A stretch of 63,300 nucleotides of DNA, counting the filler, from Hyphochytrium catenoides (taxonomy: Eukaryota > Protista > Hyphochytriomycota): NCBI GenBank assembly GCA_900088475.1. It is 9 parts of 9 records of this genome, joined end to end, with 100 filler letters (N's around TTAATTAATTAA, not from the genome) between each part and the next. Parts side by side here need not be neighbours in the genome. Positions count along the whole stretch, not along the records: positions 30,538 to 32,811 come from FLMG01000633.1; positions 32,912 to 50,629 come from FLMG01000952.1; 7 more parts are not named here. One strand, written 5' to 3'. Made by a program: the position numbers and the translations under genes. The notes beneath the pieces are model-generated. The model was given only the letters and a program-made list of their open reading frames with translations, was not told where the DNA came from and did not search any database. Positions 31,868-43,740 of this stretch are shown piece after piece; positions within the stretch are counted from its first letter, which is position 1, and every line of letters begins with the position of its first letter.

Positions 31868-32809
31868 TCAGTCTCCATTGAACCACTCCTCCTCCTTGTC
31901 GTTCAATCTGATCTTAACACAAAGCTCGCTATAAACAGAATCTGGTATATTACCCCGTAGAAATTGAATTAACGTCCGTCGGTCGAAGTTTGGAGGTCCC
32001 TTCGGAGCATAACCTGGCACGTCCACTTTCTCCTTTAACGACTTATCAGCTTTCTCCGCCAACGTCATTGCTAACATCCACCAATCTACCGTGGGACTTC
32101 CAAAAGTCGCAGAATCTCCACGACGCAAGTCGGTTGGTAAATAGGGAATTGTAGAGTGTGTACGCTCCCCAAAAGGAACAACAACGCTTCCGACGTCAAT
32201 CAAGATGAAGTTCCTTTGGTCAAGACAGATGTTTGAGGGCTTCACGTCCATATATGCTAGACCAAGATCATGCATAAACTGTAACGCTGAGCTGAGCTGA
32301 CTCCAAAACTGGATGACTTCTGGTCCGTGAAGGTGACTGATGTGTTCCATTGTGTCACCATACCTAGGCATTATCAAATACTGCTTCTCCTCTTTGTGAT
32401 GATAGAGCTCGAAGTCACAAATGTTGTCATGCTTTCTACTGCCGAGCACATCGAGAAAATGCACCGCTCGTTTCTTTTCGAAAATTGAAAGAGGTTTGAT
32501 AAGCATTGCCTCTAGTCCGCGATAGCATATAGTCACGGCACTCCCAGGATAGAGCGGACCGTTCAGCTTAAACCCCTTCATTTGCAGATCAACGATAGTT
32601 GTTGTCTCTGGGAGTAAAACCGCCAAGTCGTAAATATCTCCAGCAAGCCGCACGTTCTGCGTCTGAAGGGCGTAAGACAGCTGAGATGAGAATCGAAGTT
32701 CCATTCGACGCATTATTCCTGGCTTCAGTTCCATTTCTCGATAATCCTTGCTGGAACGAATCAGCTTCTCAAAATTAGGCGCGTCTGTACTTGGCGATAC
32801 TGATAGCAA
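31868..32809 (-). CDS. Ser/Thr protein kinase, 5' end cut by scaffold end
   Basis: Intronless ORF. Motifs: MLIK, YLIMPRY hinge, SALQFMHDLGLAYMDVKPSNI catalytic loop, ILIDVGS, VDWWMLAMTL. Confidence 0.85.
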   Translation of the reverse strand: MLSVSPSTDAPNFEKLIRSSKDYREMELKPGIMRRMELRFSSQLSYALQTQNVRLAGDIYDLAVLLPETTTIVDLQMKGFKLNGPLYPGSAVTICYRGLEAMLIKPLSIFEKKRAVHFLDVLGSRKHDNICDFELYHHKEEKQYLIMPRYGDTMEHISHLHGPEVIQFWSQLSSALQFMHDLGLAYMDVKPSNICLDQRNFILIDVGSVVVPFGERTHSTIPYLPTDLRRGDSATFGSPTVDWWMLAMTLAEKADKSLKEKVDVPGYAPKGPPNFDRRTLIQFLRGNIPDSVYSELCVKIRLNDKEEEWFNGD

Positions 32810-35212
32810 CTNNNNNNNNNNNNNNNNNNNNNNNNNNNNNNNNNNNNNNNNNNNNTTAATTAATTAANNNNNNNNNNNNNNNNNNNNNNNNNNNNNNNNN
32901 NNNNNNNNNNNCTCTCTCTCTCTTTCTTTCTTTCTCTCTCTTTTTTTTCTCTCTCTGTCATCTCCCTTTTTCTCCTTGCCTTCTCTCACTTTCCTCTTGC
33001 TGTCTCTATCTCTGTTCTCATATCTTGCTGGTGAGAGCATACCATAGAAGAGAGGACCTTATTTGGCAGCGTAACGTTGTATAATAGATGACACATAGAG
33101 AGAGTAAGAAAGAGAGAGAGACGCTGAGAACTTAAGGTAGAGAGAAGCATAGCCGGCCCTCTCTCAGTCTATCTCTCCCCTCTCTTTCAGTGCGAGGAGA
33201 AACAGCACTATATAAATGCGAGGGACACTTATTAGACTAGCAGCGCCGACCTCTCTTCTCTTTCAGTCAACAGGCTCAAAGCCCCAGGTGATCTTCTTCA
33301 TTGGCTGTCCACTACTGCTGATCCCTTGTCTCTGCAATTCTCTTCTTCTTCCTTCTCTCCTCCTTGTTCAGATCTCTCTTCTTTCTCCTCTCCCCGTTTG
33401 CTTGATAGTTTGAGCTTATCCTCTCTCTTTGTCATCACTCTCTCTTTCAACGAAGTCTAAGCCTTTGGCCTGGCCCACACTTCTGTTTCTTTCCCATCAT
33501 CATTTTGCCCGCGAACCATTAGTCGGGTGTGTCACTGAGAGCTAAGCTACAGAGTCTACGGCCTGTATGGGATGACCCTCCTAACCTGCTAAACTTTGCC
33601 GTGGTTTAGGAGAGTAGGAGGCGTCTGCATGTGGCAAGAGCCACGCACGCGCATAAGCAATCGAGAGGAACATCCTCCGAGCCATTGTTCAAAGTGGAGA
33701 ACGACCTACTTCTTCACGATGAAGCTAGTGCAGCTAGCAGAGCTCTACTTGTGAGTTTTCTTTCACTACGATAGACATAGAGCTTATTATGACGATCATC
33801 CAAGCTGCAGGAAGACAGTGACGTCCTACCGCCAGAGCGGCCGGTCGAGCCAGCTTTCGCACCTACATCGCTCCTTCATCATCTACACAGAAGGTTGAGA
33901 TAATGCTCTAACAAATTGACCGGGTTAAGGATCAACAGGACGACGATGGATTCTTCTCGTCTACTTAGACGCCACAACCAGCTCATGATGCCGTTTATCT
34001 AAGGAGTTTCCCTACCGTCGACATCCTTCTAAGAGAAGATCTTTGCTTCTCCCACCACCTGAGCCTGTCTGTGCACCTTTAACCGAAGATGACACTGCTG
34101 GATGAAGGAAAGAAAGAGAGAAAGAAAGCAAGAGTCAGCAACCTTTAGGTGCCTTCCTCATCAACAACGATAAGGTCTTAGGTCCTCACACCCGAAGACA
34201 TGAGAGCGGTCATCCCTGGGGGAAAACGTTTGAGCACTTATCCTTACTTCTTCTATCGCTTCTCACTCTTTCAGATCCTTCTCTTCTATGAGAGTGCGAC
34301 AGGTGTGCTTCGTCTTCTTTCTCTTCTGCTTCATCCTACCTCATAGCTCGCTTGGGGATATCTATCGAGAGCCAAGACCGTAGTTAGCTCTTGTCTCTTC
34401 AATCACTTCTTTTCGATCTCCATTTCTTCTTCTTCCTCTTCGTCTTCCTCCTTTCGCTTTATTCTTGATCTCCTCGTTTACCTTTCTCCCTTCCGTCCTA
34501 GAGTACTTGTTCTTCCTCTTCATCTTGTTTCTTTTACACCTTCTCCTAGCTTCCCTTCTTTTGAGAAGTGAAAAGTTTAAGCACTTATCCTGACCTTCTT
34601 CCTTTTTCATAGCTGCTCACAGATATAAATCCTTCTCTTCTGGAAGAGCGTAGCTCTAATCTCTTCATTCACTTCTTTTAGTTCTTGGTTTCTTACTTTT
34701 CTGCTTCTTTCTTCTTTCACTATTCTTTATATCCTGGTTCCTTTATTAGCTATCTTTCCTCTTTTCCATCCTCCAGTTGTTCTTCTTCTTCTTCTTCTTC
34801 TTCTTCTCCCTTTATTATATCTTCTCCTATCTTCACTTGTCCCTCATCTTCTCTTTTTCTTCAGCAATTTCCTCTTCTTCTCTTCCTCGTCTTTCTTTGT
34901 TTCTTTCTTCGTGGTTAACCTCTTTTTGCCTTCCTTCCTCTTCTTCTTCCCGTTTCATATCTTCTCCTATCTTCACTACTTAACTTCTTCTTTCGGTCTT
35001 CTTCCCCCTTCTTTCTCTCCTCTCTCCGTCCAACGCCTTCGCTTCTCTCTCCTTCTTCCTCTTCTCTCTTTTGATAAGAATTCTTCTCTTCTTTGCTCAC
35101 TCTTTGTTTCTTTCTTCTCTATATAAAAGTACGTGTGAAAGTAGTATAAGTGTTCTATTATTAGCTACCTACACAAAGGAAAGAAGAGAAGGAGTAGAAA
35201 AACAGGAGAATG

Positions 35213-35260
<48 letters not shown>

Positions 35261-35348
35261 AGCAGGGCCAAAAGCTACGATTATCAATAGATACTAGAAG
35301 TGACGATGAAGAGAAGAGAAGAGAGCACTTCCTAGAGATAAAAGGAAG

Positions 35349-35890
35349 AGTTCAACTAGAATTCTTCTTCCTTTGTCGATAATGAGGGTGGAGAGGAGAA
35401 CGTGTTGAAGACGAGTCCAGGACTCTGTAGCCCTTGTCTCTTCTTCTTCTTCCTCTTCCTCTTCCTCTTCTCCTTCTCCTTCTCCTCTCCTTCTCCTTCC
35501 CCCTCTTGTTGTTGTTCTTCTTCTTCTTCTTCTTCTTCTTCTTCTTCTTCTTCTTCTTCTTCTTCTTCTTCTTCTTCTTCTTCTTCTTCTTCTTCTTCTT
35601 CTCTTCTTCCTCTTCTTTGCCTTCTCCTCCTCCTTCTTCTTCTTCTTCTGCTTCTTTTTCTTCTTCTTCTCTTCTTCCTCTTCTTCGCCTCCTCCTCCTT
35701 CTTCTACTTCTTCTTTCTTGTTCTTCTTCTTTTTCTTCTCTTCTTCCTCTTCTTCTTCCTCTCTTCTTCTTCTCTTCTCTTCTTCTTCTTCTTCTTCTCC
35801 TTTTTCTTCTCTTCTTCCTCTTCTTCTCTTCTTCTTCTCTTCTCTTCTTCTTCCTCTTCTTCTTCTTCTCTTCTTCTTCTCTTCTTCCTT
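35349..35890. repeat. Dispersed repeat copy 2 followed by a long (TTC)n microsatellite
   Basis: Same head as the 29254 copy; near-perfect (TTC)n at about 35515-35600, degenerate to about 35890. Confidence 0.7.
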
Positions 35891-36143
35891 TCTAAACTTC
35901 CTCGTGATTAAAAACTCAAAGAAGGAAGAAAAGGATTATTGATATTTTTCAAAGGAGACATTACGAAGAGTCACAACAGTGCAGCAATTCTATAAAAAGC
36001 ACACATGAAAATATTAGGTTTTTGATGAAGTTGTCATAGTTCTTACCTCTATCCCTGATGTATGCGTATTTTCAATATGGGTTTTATCGCCATAAAATAC
36101 TCTCTTTCAGGTGAAAGAAACGGAGATACGACAAATTGAGGTA

Positions 36144-36241
36144 CAGTAAATGGCAGAAGGCAGAAGGTGTCATATCGCAAATCCTCAGCTTTATCACTCA
36201 TATTATTTGAAATAATACCAATAGGTTGCTGACATTTACTG
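36144..36241. mobile_element. Very small MITE-like element (98 bp) with CAGT termini
   Basis: Left end TA|CAGTAAATGGCAG; right end CTGACATTTACTG (reverse complement CAGTAAATGTCAG, 12/13 match). Internal palindrome TATTATTT-G-AAATAATA. The right flank is AA rather than TA. Confidence 0.5.
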
Positions 36242-37728
36242 AATTGGAAAATGTATGGAGCTGCTGCGGGTGTTGTGATGTGTTTCCTATGTGTCTCACC
36301 CTGACTGATCTTTACCTGATCCTACACCGGTCGGGTATCGTCTATATATACATGCCTGGCGAACTTATCTAAACATATTCCAGACAGCAGACAAATGCAC
36401 CTGTAGCTGGCTCTCTGCTAAGATCTCTTTTTGGCTCTGTCTGATGGCTAGAATATCTCACCACACCTCTGTCTCTGTTTAGTCAACACCTTTCGCCCTC
36501 AAAAATTGAGCGTATATCTTGCCCTCTGTCTCTCCCTTTATAAGCTTTCTCTCTTGATCTTCCTCGTCACTTGAACAGCTTCATTCCCCGGCTGTGTCTC
36601 TTCTGTTTGGCGTGTCATCACAAAGGAAAGGACAGAGGAGAGAAAAGAACACCAGAAACGACTAAGGTGACTCTTCCTCCTTAGAAAGGGAAGAGATATA
36701 CAAGTAACAGAGAGCGAGAAAGAGAGAGAAAAAGAGAGAGAGACAGAGAGAGAGAGACACAGAGAGAGAGACAGAGAGAGAGAAAGAGAGAGAGACAGAC
36801 AGAGAGAGAGAGGGAAAGAATTAGGGAGTGTGTAATAGGAAAGAGAAGGGCTGAAGAGAGAGAGAGAGCCGACTTGACGAGAGAAAGAGAGAGTTGAAAG
36901 TGAGCAAAGAGAGAGAAAGAGGAAGAACTGCAGAGAGAGTGGGGGGAGAGAGAGAAAGGAGAGAGACAGAGAAAGAGAAAGAGAGAATGCAGTGGGAGTA
37001 GAGGGCACCGCTTCATAGCACAAAAGGGAACAGAAAGATACAAGGGGGACAAAATACAGCGGGGAAGATACATCTTGCATAATAAAAGAGAGGGGAGAAG
37101 AGGGCTGAAGTAAGGCCCTAATGGAGATGGAAGAGAAAAGGAGAGAGAAAAGGAAGGAGAGAAAGAGTAAGATAAAAAGAGAGAGAGAGAAAAAGAGAGA
37201 GAAAGAGGAGAGAGAGAGAGAGAGAGAGTTGCCAAAGCTGAGAAGAGGTGGAGAGGTTCTCAATGGAGGACATTGCGGCACGGTAGGCTTGCACAGACGA
37301 CGGAGGAAGGGGCCGACAGAGGTTGTGCCTGCGGTCTGCAAATGAGAGAGAGAAAGCGAGAGAGAAGAGAAGAGAGAGAGAAAAAAAAAAAGGAGAGCGA
37401 TGAAAACCTGCAGAAGGAGGTTGATATTGGCAGTAGAGACAGCAACAACAGAGTCCCGACTGTGGAGGGGGACATGCTGCGATGACAGTGGGCAGATGTC
37501 CTCTCTTCATCGTGTCTCCCTCTCTCTCTCTCTCTCTTCTCTATATATCGTCTTCCATTGATGAGAAGGCAACCCGTCAATGTTGTCCAGTCTGTGCATC
37601 TTTGTCCGCCCTTCTCCTGACCTTCACTACGGCTTGCATTCGTCAGGACGACTGCAGGATGCGAAGCGAAGAACCTTTTGGATTCCCTATCCGGAGCTCT
37701 TGCTCTTCTTCTCCTTCCTTATATTCAG

Positions 37729-37766
<38 letters not shown>

Positions 37767-38481
37767 CCTCTCTCTCTTTCTCCCTCTTGTCCTCCCAAAC
37801 AACAGTGGCAGCGCAATATCCGCCCAGACAGTGGCAGATCAAGCGCATTGATGGTACACTACGTCCGTTCACTGGTCACAAGCACCAGCAACGACGAGTG
37901 GAAGCTAATGACAACCTTCATCCTGCCCGCGTTAACTGCACGATCGTACCCTCTCTCTCTCTCTCTCTTCTCTCTCTCTTTCTCTCTCTCTCTCCTTTTT
38001 AGTCTTCTCTCTCTCTCTCTTGGCTTCAAGGTACTCACAAATCTTGCTCCTTCTATGTCCGTCTTGCTCAATTGGTGGTCATCACTTGATTTCCTCGTCT
38101 TGATTGATGGCCCGAGTGCCCTTCATCCTTTTTCTTCTCTCTCTCTCTCTCTCTTTTCCTCTCTTCTCTCGCCAATCTCATCCTCCTCTCAGCAGTAAAG
38201 AACCATTTTGAAGAAGCCCACACGCATCATCTCTTCTCTCTTCTCTTCTCACTTTCCAATCTCCCACTTTGGAGTCAACCAGCCCAACAACCCAGAGCAG
38301 AAAGGAAGCTTGTGAGCGAAGGAGAGTCTCCCCCCTCAGGAACCAAGGCGCAATCCTTAAACCCACTGATTGCCCTCGACGGTTCGGCTCTTCCATCCTC
38401 TCTTCTTTCTCTCTGTCTGTCTGTCTCTCTCTCTCTCATCAGCAAGGCTAGACCACCAACAACAGAACAAAGAAAGGAATC

Positions 38482-39731
38482 ATGAAGCTCACCACGACGT
38501 CCAGTCTTCTCTCTCTTATCATTCTCTCTCTCTCTTCTTCTCTCTCCCTCCCCACCGCAGAAGCCCGCTTTGGCCAACAAAATCCGCCAGTTCTTGATGA
38601 GATCAGACAGTGCGCGCCTGCGGGAACAGCAGGCGACATCACCGGGCAACTCTCTACTTTTGCTGGAGAAGCCGTCTCTACTCTTCTCGGAGGCGCGCAG
38701 GAGTGCGCACAGCAGGACCAGGCCGACAAGATCATAGACTTTGCTAAGGCGAACAATCTGCAGGGCTGCGTCGCACCTGCTGTGGCTTTCAGACAGGCGG
38801 AGAAGAACGTGGATCCGTTCGCCAATGCTAATCCTTGCTCCAAGATCTGCGACAGATTGCCAAAGATGAGGAGCTGCTAGGGTCTGTGCAAGCCTTTGAC
38901 CCGGCGTGCAACTTGGACCAGTTCTTTGCTGATAATCCTGATCAAAAGGCCAACTTTGACCTGCAGAAGGGCGCCGCAGGAGCTGGAGGTGCGGCAGTTG
39001 CTAACAATCTAGCTGCAGAAGAAGGAGGAGAAGACGCAGCCGATCTAGCTGCGGATGGCGCCGCCGGAGCAGCTGCTGCTGAAGATGCAGCGGCAGCCGC
39101 TGACGGTGCAGCAGCAGCCGCAACAGAGGCTCCAGCTGCCGCAGCGGCAGGCCAAGGCAAGTTGGCAAAGGTCAAAGACATCATTGCCAAGGTCAAGCAA
39201 GTGAAGGGGAAAGTCAAGGATATCATACAGAAAGTCAAAGCAAAGAAAGCTGCTGCACAAGACGCTGCAGCAGCGACAGAGGCCGCGGTAGCAGCACAGG
39301 ATGCTGCTGATGCTGATGCTGTCACAGAGGCCGCTGCTGCTGATAACGCAGCCGCCGCTGATGATGCCGCTGCGGTGACGGAGGCCGCCGTAGCTCAGGA
39401 CGCTGCTGCAGCCGCTGAGGCTGTGACTGAAGCCGCAGCCGCAGGAGAAGCAGCCGAGCAAAAGAAAGGTGGGAAGCTTGCTAAGGTGAAGAACGTGCTG
39501 AAGGGTCTCAAGGGTAAACTGGCCAAGCTGAAGGGCCTCAAGGGCAAGCTGGCCAAGCTGAAGGGCCTCAAGGGCAAGCTGGCAAAGCTGAAGGGGCTCA
39601 AGGGCAAGCTGGCAAAGCTGAAGGGACTCAAGGGCAAACTTGCCAAGCTGAAGGGGAAGCTAGGAAAGCTGGGGAAGCTAGCGAAGCTGGCTAAGCTCGG
39701 AGGAAAGCGTGCTCTCCGTTCTGAGGTCTAA
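38482..39731 (+). CDS. Secreted protein: Cys-containing RFGQ domain, acidic Ala-rich spacers and cationic amphipathic Lys/Leu segments; one frameshift at about 38862
   Basis: The ORF track splits it into 38482-38880 and 38835-39731. One extra A in CCAAAG gives a continuous ..KICDRLPKDEELLGSVQAFDPAC.. (about 416 aa). Signal peptide, 6 Cys, and repeat copies that differ only at synonymous sites. Confidence 0.8.
39501..39650 (+). repeat. Coding 30-bp tandem repeat x5 encoding KGLKGKLAKL
   Basis: Units start at 39501, 39531, 39561, 39591 and 39621; all differences are at third codon positions. Confidence 0.95.
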
Positions 39732-40964
39732 GAGAGAAAAGAGAGAGAAGGGAGTTCCTCTCTCTTCTCTTCTCTTCTTTCTCTCTCTTGAAGTTGGTTC
39801 ACTTTTTTCACTCTTCATCAGGTCTTTTTCCATCATCATCAAAACATCTCTTTGTTTTTATACCAAGATCTATGGCAGAGAGAGACAAGAGGCTGGCCTG
39901 CTTTCCCCTTTCTTTCCCAAGAAAGAAGAAAGTTCAGTCACTCTTCCCCTTTCTCTCTCTTTGTCCATAGAGAAGAAGAAGAAGAATAGTTATCTTCTTG
40001 CTTTTGCTTCCTTCTGTCTTTTACTAAGAANNNNNNNNNNNNNNNTTAAAGCCTTGGCTTCGAACTCTTTCTAGACTGGCTTTCCCCTGATGTGCTGATC
40101 TTGTCTTCCTTCTCACTCATTCTCTCACTCTCTCTCGGCTTGTTTTCTTGTCTGTCTCTCTTTCTACCTTCCTTTCATCTCTGTCTTTCTCCCATGCACC
40201 AGCAGAAAGAAGAGTCGACCGAGTGCATATTCTTGCTGCTGAGAGCTTCTTTCTTGGGTGCTCCAAATGAGGAGAAACATCATCATTCTTGTGCAGGTAG
40301 TAGGAGAGAGAGAGAGAGACAAGGAAGAGAGAAGAAAGGCAAAGAGAGAGAGTGTTATAAAAAGGAACGATGTCAGAGGAAGGTAAAGAGAAAGAGAGAG
40401 AAGAGATTCAACGTAATAAAGCCGCTGCCTCATTAGAAAGGAAGACCGAAAGAAACAAGTTATTGGCTCCTCTTCTGAAAGGTCTGCGTGCTTCCTTTGC
40501 TTCGGCTTTACTCTAGATCTCTCTCTTCCTCTTTGTCTCTTTTTTCTGTCTCTCTCTCTCTTTGTCTCCATGTCTCTTTCCTACTTCTTTTTTGAGAAGG
40601 ATAAACGGCGGAGGGTTCATCAGACTCTGCTCTCTTTCTCTGCATAGTCTCTCTCTGGCTATCTCTCTCTCTCTCTCTGGCTCTCTCTCTCTCTCTCTGG
40701 CACTGTCTCTATCTCTGGAACTCTCTCTCTCCCTCTTTTATACTCTCATCTCTCTCTGTGAGCCCGAATCATTGCCGCAGTGCTACGTGGGAAATGTTGT
40801 TGGTCTATTAGAGAGGCTGGAAGCTAAAAGACTGCCAAGAAACGCTTCTTTCTTCTTCTTCCTTGTCTCATCCTGATCTTCTTCTTCTCTCACACCAGCC
40901 AAACGCTCCTCAAGGATCCTTATCACTTTTGTTCTTCCCTCTCCCATCGTTCTCTCCCTCACTT

Positions 40965-41027
<63 letters not shown>

Positions 41028-41085
41028 CTCTCTCTCTCTCTTCTGCTCTTAGCTCTTCTGTCCAAGAGAGAGACACTTGCTCCTA

Positions 41086-43029
41086 TTACTGAGGCGCTAC
41101 CTTGACGATGCTGCTGCTAGAGTTCCGTCTCAGACTGCCGTTCTTCTGTCTAACGTACCGATTGTATGGCTCCAGCAGCATCCGATAGACTTCCTCCTCC
41201 ATCGGGCCGAAGAAATCATCAGATGGAGAAGAGGCAGAGGAAGAGAGAGCGTCAATCTTCCCCAGAATCGCGTTCCGCAAGCTCTGCACGACGTTGATCT
41301 CATACTGAGAGCCCACTGCCACGTACAGAGCACCTATCTCCTTAATGATAGCGTCTCTCTTCTCTCTCTTCTCTTCCCCTTTCAACCTCTCGACAGCTTG
41401 GATGAAGAGAAGATTCTCCACGCAGAACTCTTTCACGGGATACTTCTTGAAGCTCTGCGCTGTCTCCCGTTGGACGAGAAGAGCACGGAGCTCTGCTGTG
41501 GATCTCACAGTCCCGTGTCCAACATGATGGTGAGAAGAAAGAGAGAACGCGCCGTTGACTGGAACTCTCTTCTCTTGTTCACTCTCTCTCTTCTCTTCTC
41601 TCTCTCTTTCGTAGGACAATCTGACAGGGCTCACCGTGGCGTACCACATATACGTGAGAGAGGCTCCAACATAGGCAAACTGCCCGATAGAGAAGGCATT
41701 CTCTCTTGCGTCCAAGGGCAAACCTGTGGCGGCTGTGGCCATCGAGTTCAGAGGCAGTCCCATGGAGAAAAAGAAGAAGATCTGCTTCCAGTTTTCACTG
41801 AGATTAAAGGCGTCGTCCATGTTCCGGATGAGGAAGGCGAAGATGGCGTTGAGAGAGAGAAGAGACCACCAAAGCACGCGGAAGAGGACCTGATTGATGG
41901 AGAGAGAGAGAGAGAGAGAAAGACAGGCGTCCGTTTAGTAGACAGAAGAGCAGAAGACACGACGAAGAAGAAGAAAAGTGGCGAGAGAAGAGCGGCTTCT
42001 TTCACCTTTGAGAAAGAGGAAAGGACAAAAGTGAAAGAGAGAAGGAAAACGCAAGGAGGAGGGACAGGCATTTCCTTGGGAGAGAAGAAAGGGGTGTAAC
42101 ATGAAGAACAGTGATTACTCAGCGAAGAGAGAGAGAGAGAGAGAAAGAAGCGAAAGAGAGAGAGAGAAAAAAGAAGCGTAAGAGAGAAAAGAAGAGAGAG
42201 AGAGAAAAGAAGCGTGAGAGAGGAAAGAAGAGAGAGAGAGAGAAAAGAAGAGAGAGAAAGAGGACGAGAGAGGAGAAAAAGAGAGAGAGAAGAGGAGGGA
42301 GAGAGAGAGAGAAAGGGAGAAAGGGAGAGAGACAGAGTGAGTTGAAAATGTGGCAAAAGTGGGAGGGAATACGCAGAACTCACTCCTCCAGCCTCTGCCC
42401 TGTAGATCAGGCACTCCGCATCCCTCAGCTGTGCTCCCAGGTCCACGCCTCCCACTGAGAGCTGCACAGCAGGGACAATGAAGGTAAGGATGCCTCCCAA
42501 CAGAAGCATTCTCTTCAAGAAAGAGTCAGACACAAGGAAGGTATGGGACGTAAACCAGTCTCTCTTCTCTTGCTGTTGCTTCTTCTTCTTCTCTTCTTCT
42601 TCTTCTTTCCCGGCAGTAGCCGCATTCTTCTCTTTCTCTCCTTCTCCTCGGTGTAGATCTTCAGCTCTCGTGCCTTGCTGCCTGGACATAGAGCGCTGCA
42701 GACTGTAGATGAACCAGGCGCGGAAGAGCTGCAGCGCCGCGCCGCAATAGAAAGGGAAGAGATCAGCCCACGCCAGGAGAATGTACAGCCAACAGGGACA
42801 CTGCGGGGAGATGATAGGGATTAAGAGAGAGATGACATAGAGACTGGAGCCCAGCTGCGTGGGTGATGGAGAGAAACGCTGGCGTGGCGTTGACGGGAAA
42901 GACGGATCTTCTTAGCCAAAGCAGGTAACAGAGGATCGGGCCGGAGATGCAGACAAAGACGAGAAGCGTCACAGCCAGAGGCAGAGCCCAGGAGTCGCTA
43001 GCATCGATGAAGGCTGCTGTCTTTGTCAT
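41086..43029 (-). CDS. 7TM-RGS protein (multi-pass membrane domain plus C-terminal RGS domain); one frameshift at about 42850
   Basis: Exon 43029-42384 (frame switch near GCTGGGCTCC), GT-AG intron 42383-41890, exon 41889-41086. TM region: LWLRRSVFP, PCWLYILLAW..LFRAWFIY, DDAFNLSE. RGS domain: FKKYPVKEFCVENLLFIQAV, LYVAVGSQYEINV, FGPMEEEVYRML..PYNRY. Confidence 0.82.
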
Positions 43030-43684
43030 GTTCTCTCTCTCTCTCTCTCTTTGTCTCTTTGCTCTCTCTCTCTCTCTCTCTCTCAGCAAGGTTGAGCTCT
43101 GTAAGGCTTATGAGTAGCTTTCTTCTCCTCCGCGGTCACTCGTCACTCATCCTGTCTTTTTCGTCTCTGCCCTCGCGTTCGTTCTGAAGACAAAAGCTTC
43201 ACTCTCTGCTGTTTGGACGGTGGTGGCTTGGCCGTCTCTTCTTCTTCTTCTCTCTCTCTCTCTTTCTTTCTCTCTTCTTTCCTCTAATAGTGGAACGCTT
43301 GGGGCAAAGGAAAGAGCGGGAGCGATTGAGGAAGAGATGGCGGTCAAGGAAAGAGAGAAACCACGGAGGTCAAGAGAAGAAGAGAGATCTACGGGGAATA
43401 AGGAGGAAGAGACAGAGTGAGGGTTTATCCTAGGAAAAGAAGTAGAAGGAGGGAGAGACAAGATATGCTTTGGGGCCAAGTTATCATCAATAATTCCTCT
43501 CTCTTTCCTTTCCTCTCTCTTCTCTCTCTCTCTCTCTTTCTTCCTTCCCGCGGGCCGCCTCTTCTTTCTTCCGTCAGCCTATCTTTCTAACGCCGTTACT
43601 GCTAAGTAATAGTAGGGAGGACCTTCCTCCTACTCTCAACCTTTACCAATAGTTGAGAGAGAGAAATGAAACGGAAAGAAAGGG

Positions 43685-43740
<56 letters not shown>

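Noticed and set aside
33400-34300. Non-repetitive islands (also 27650-28300, 36500-38100, 47700-49500) as genes or TE relics
   Set aside because: I could not support any sustained ORF, consistent splice model or recognisable motif.
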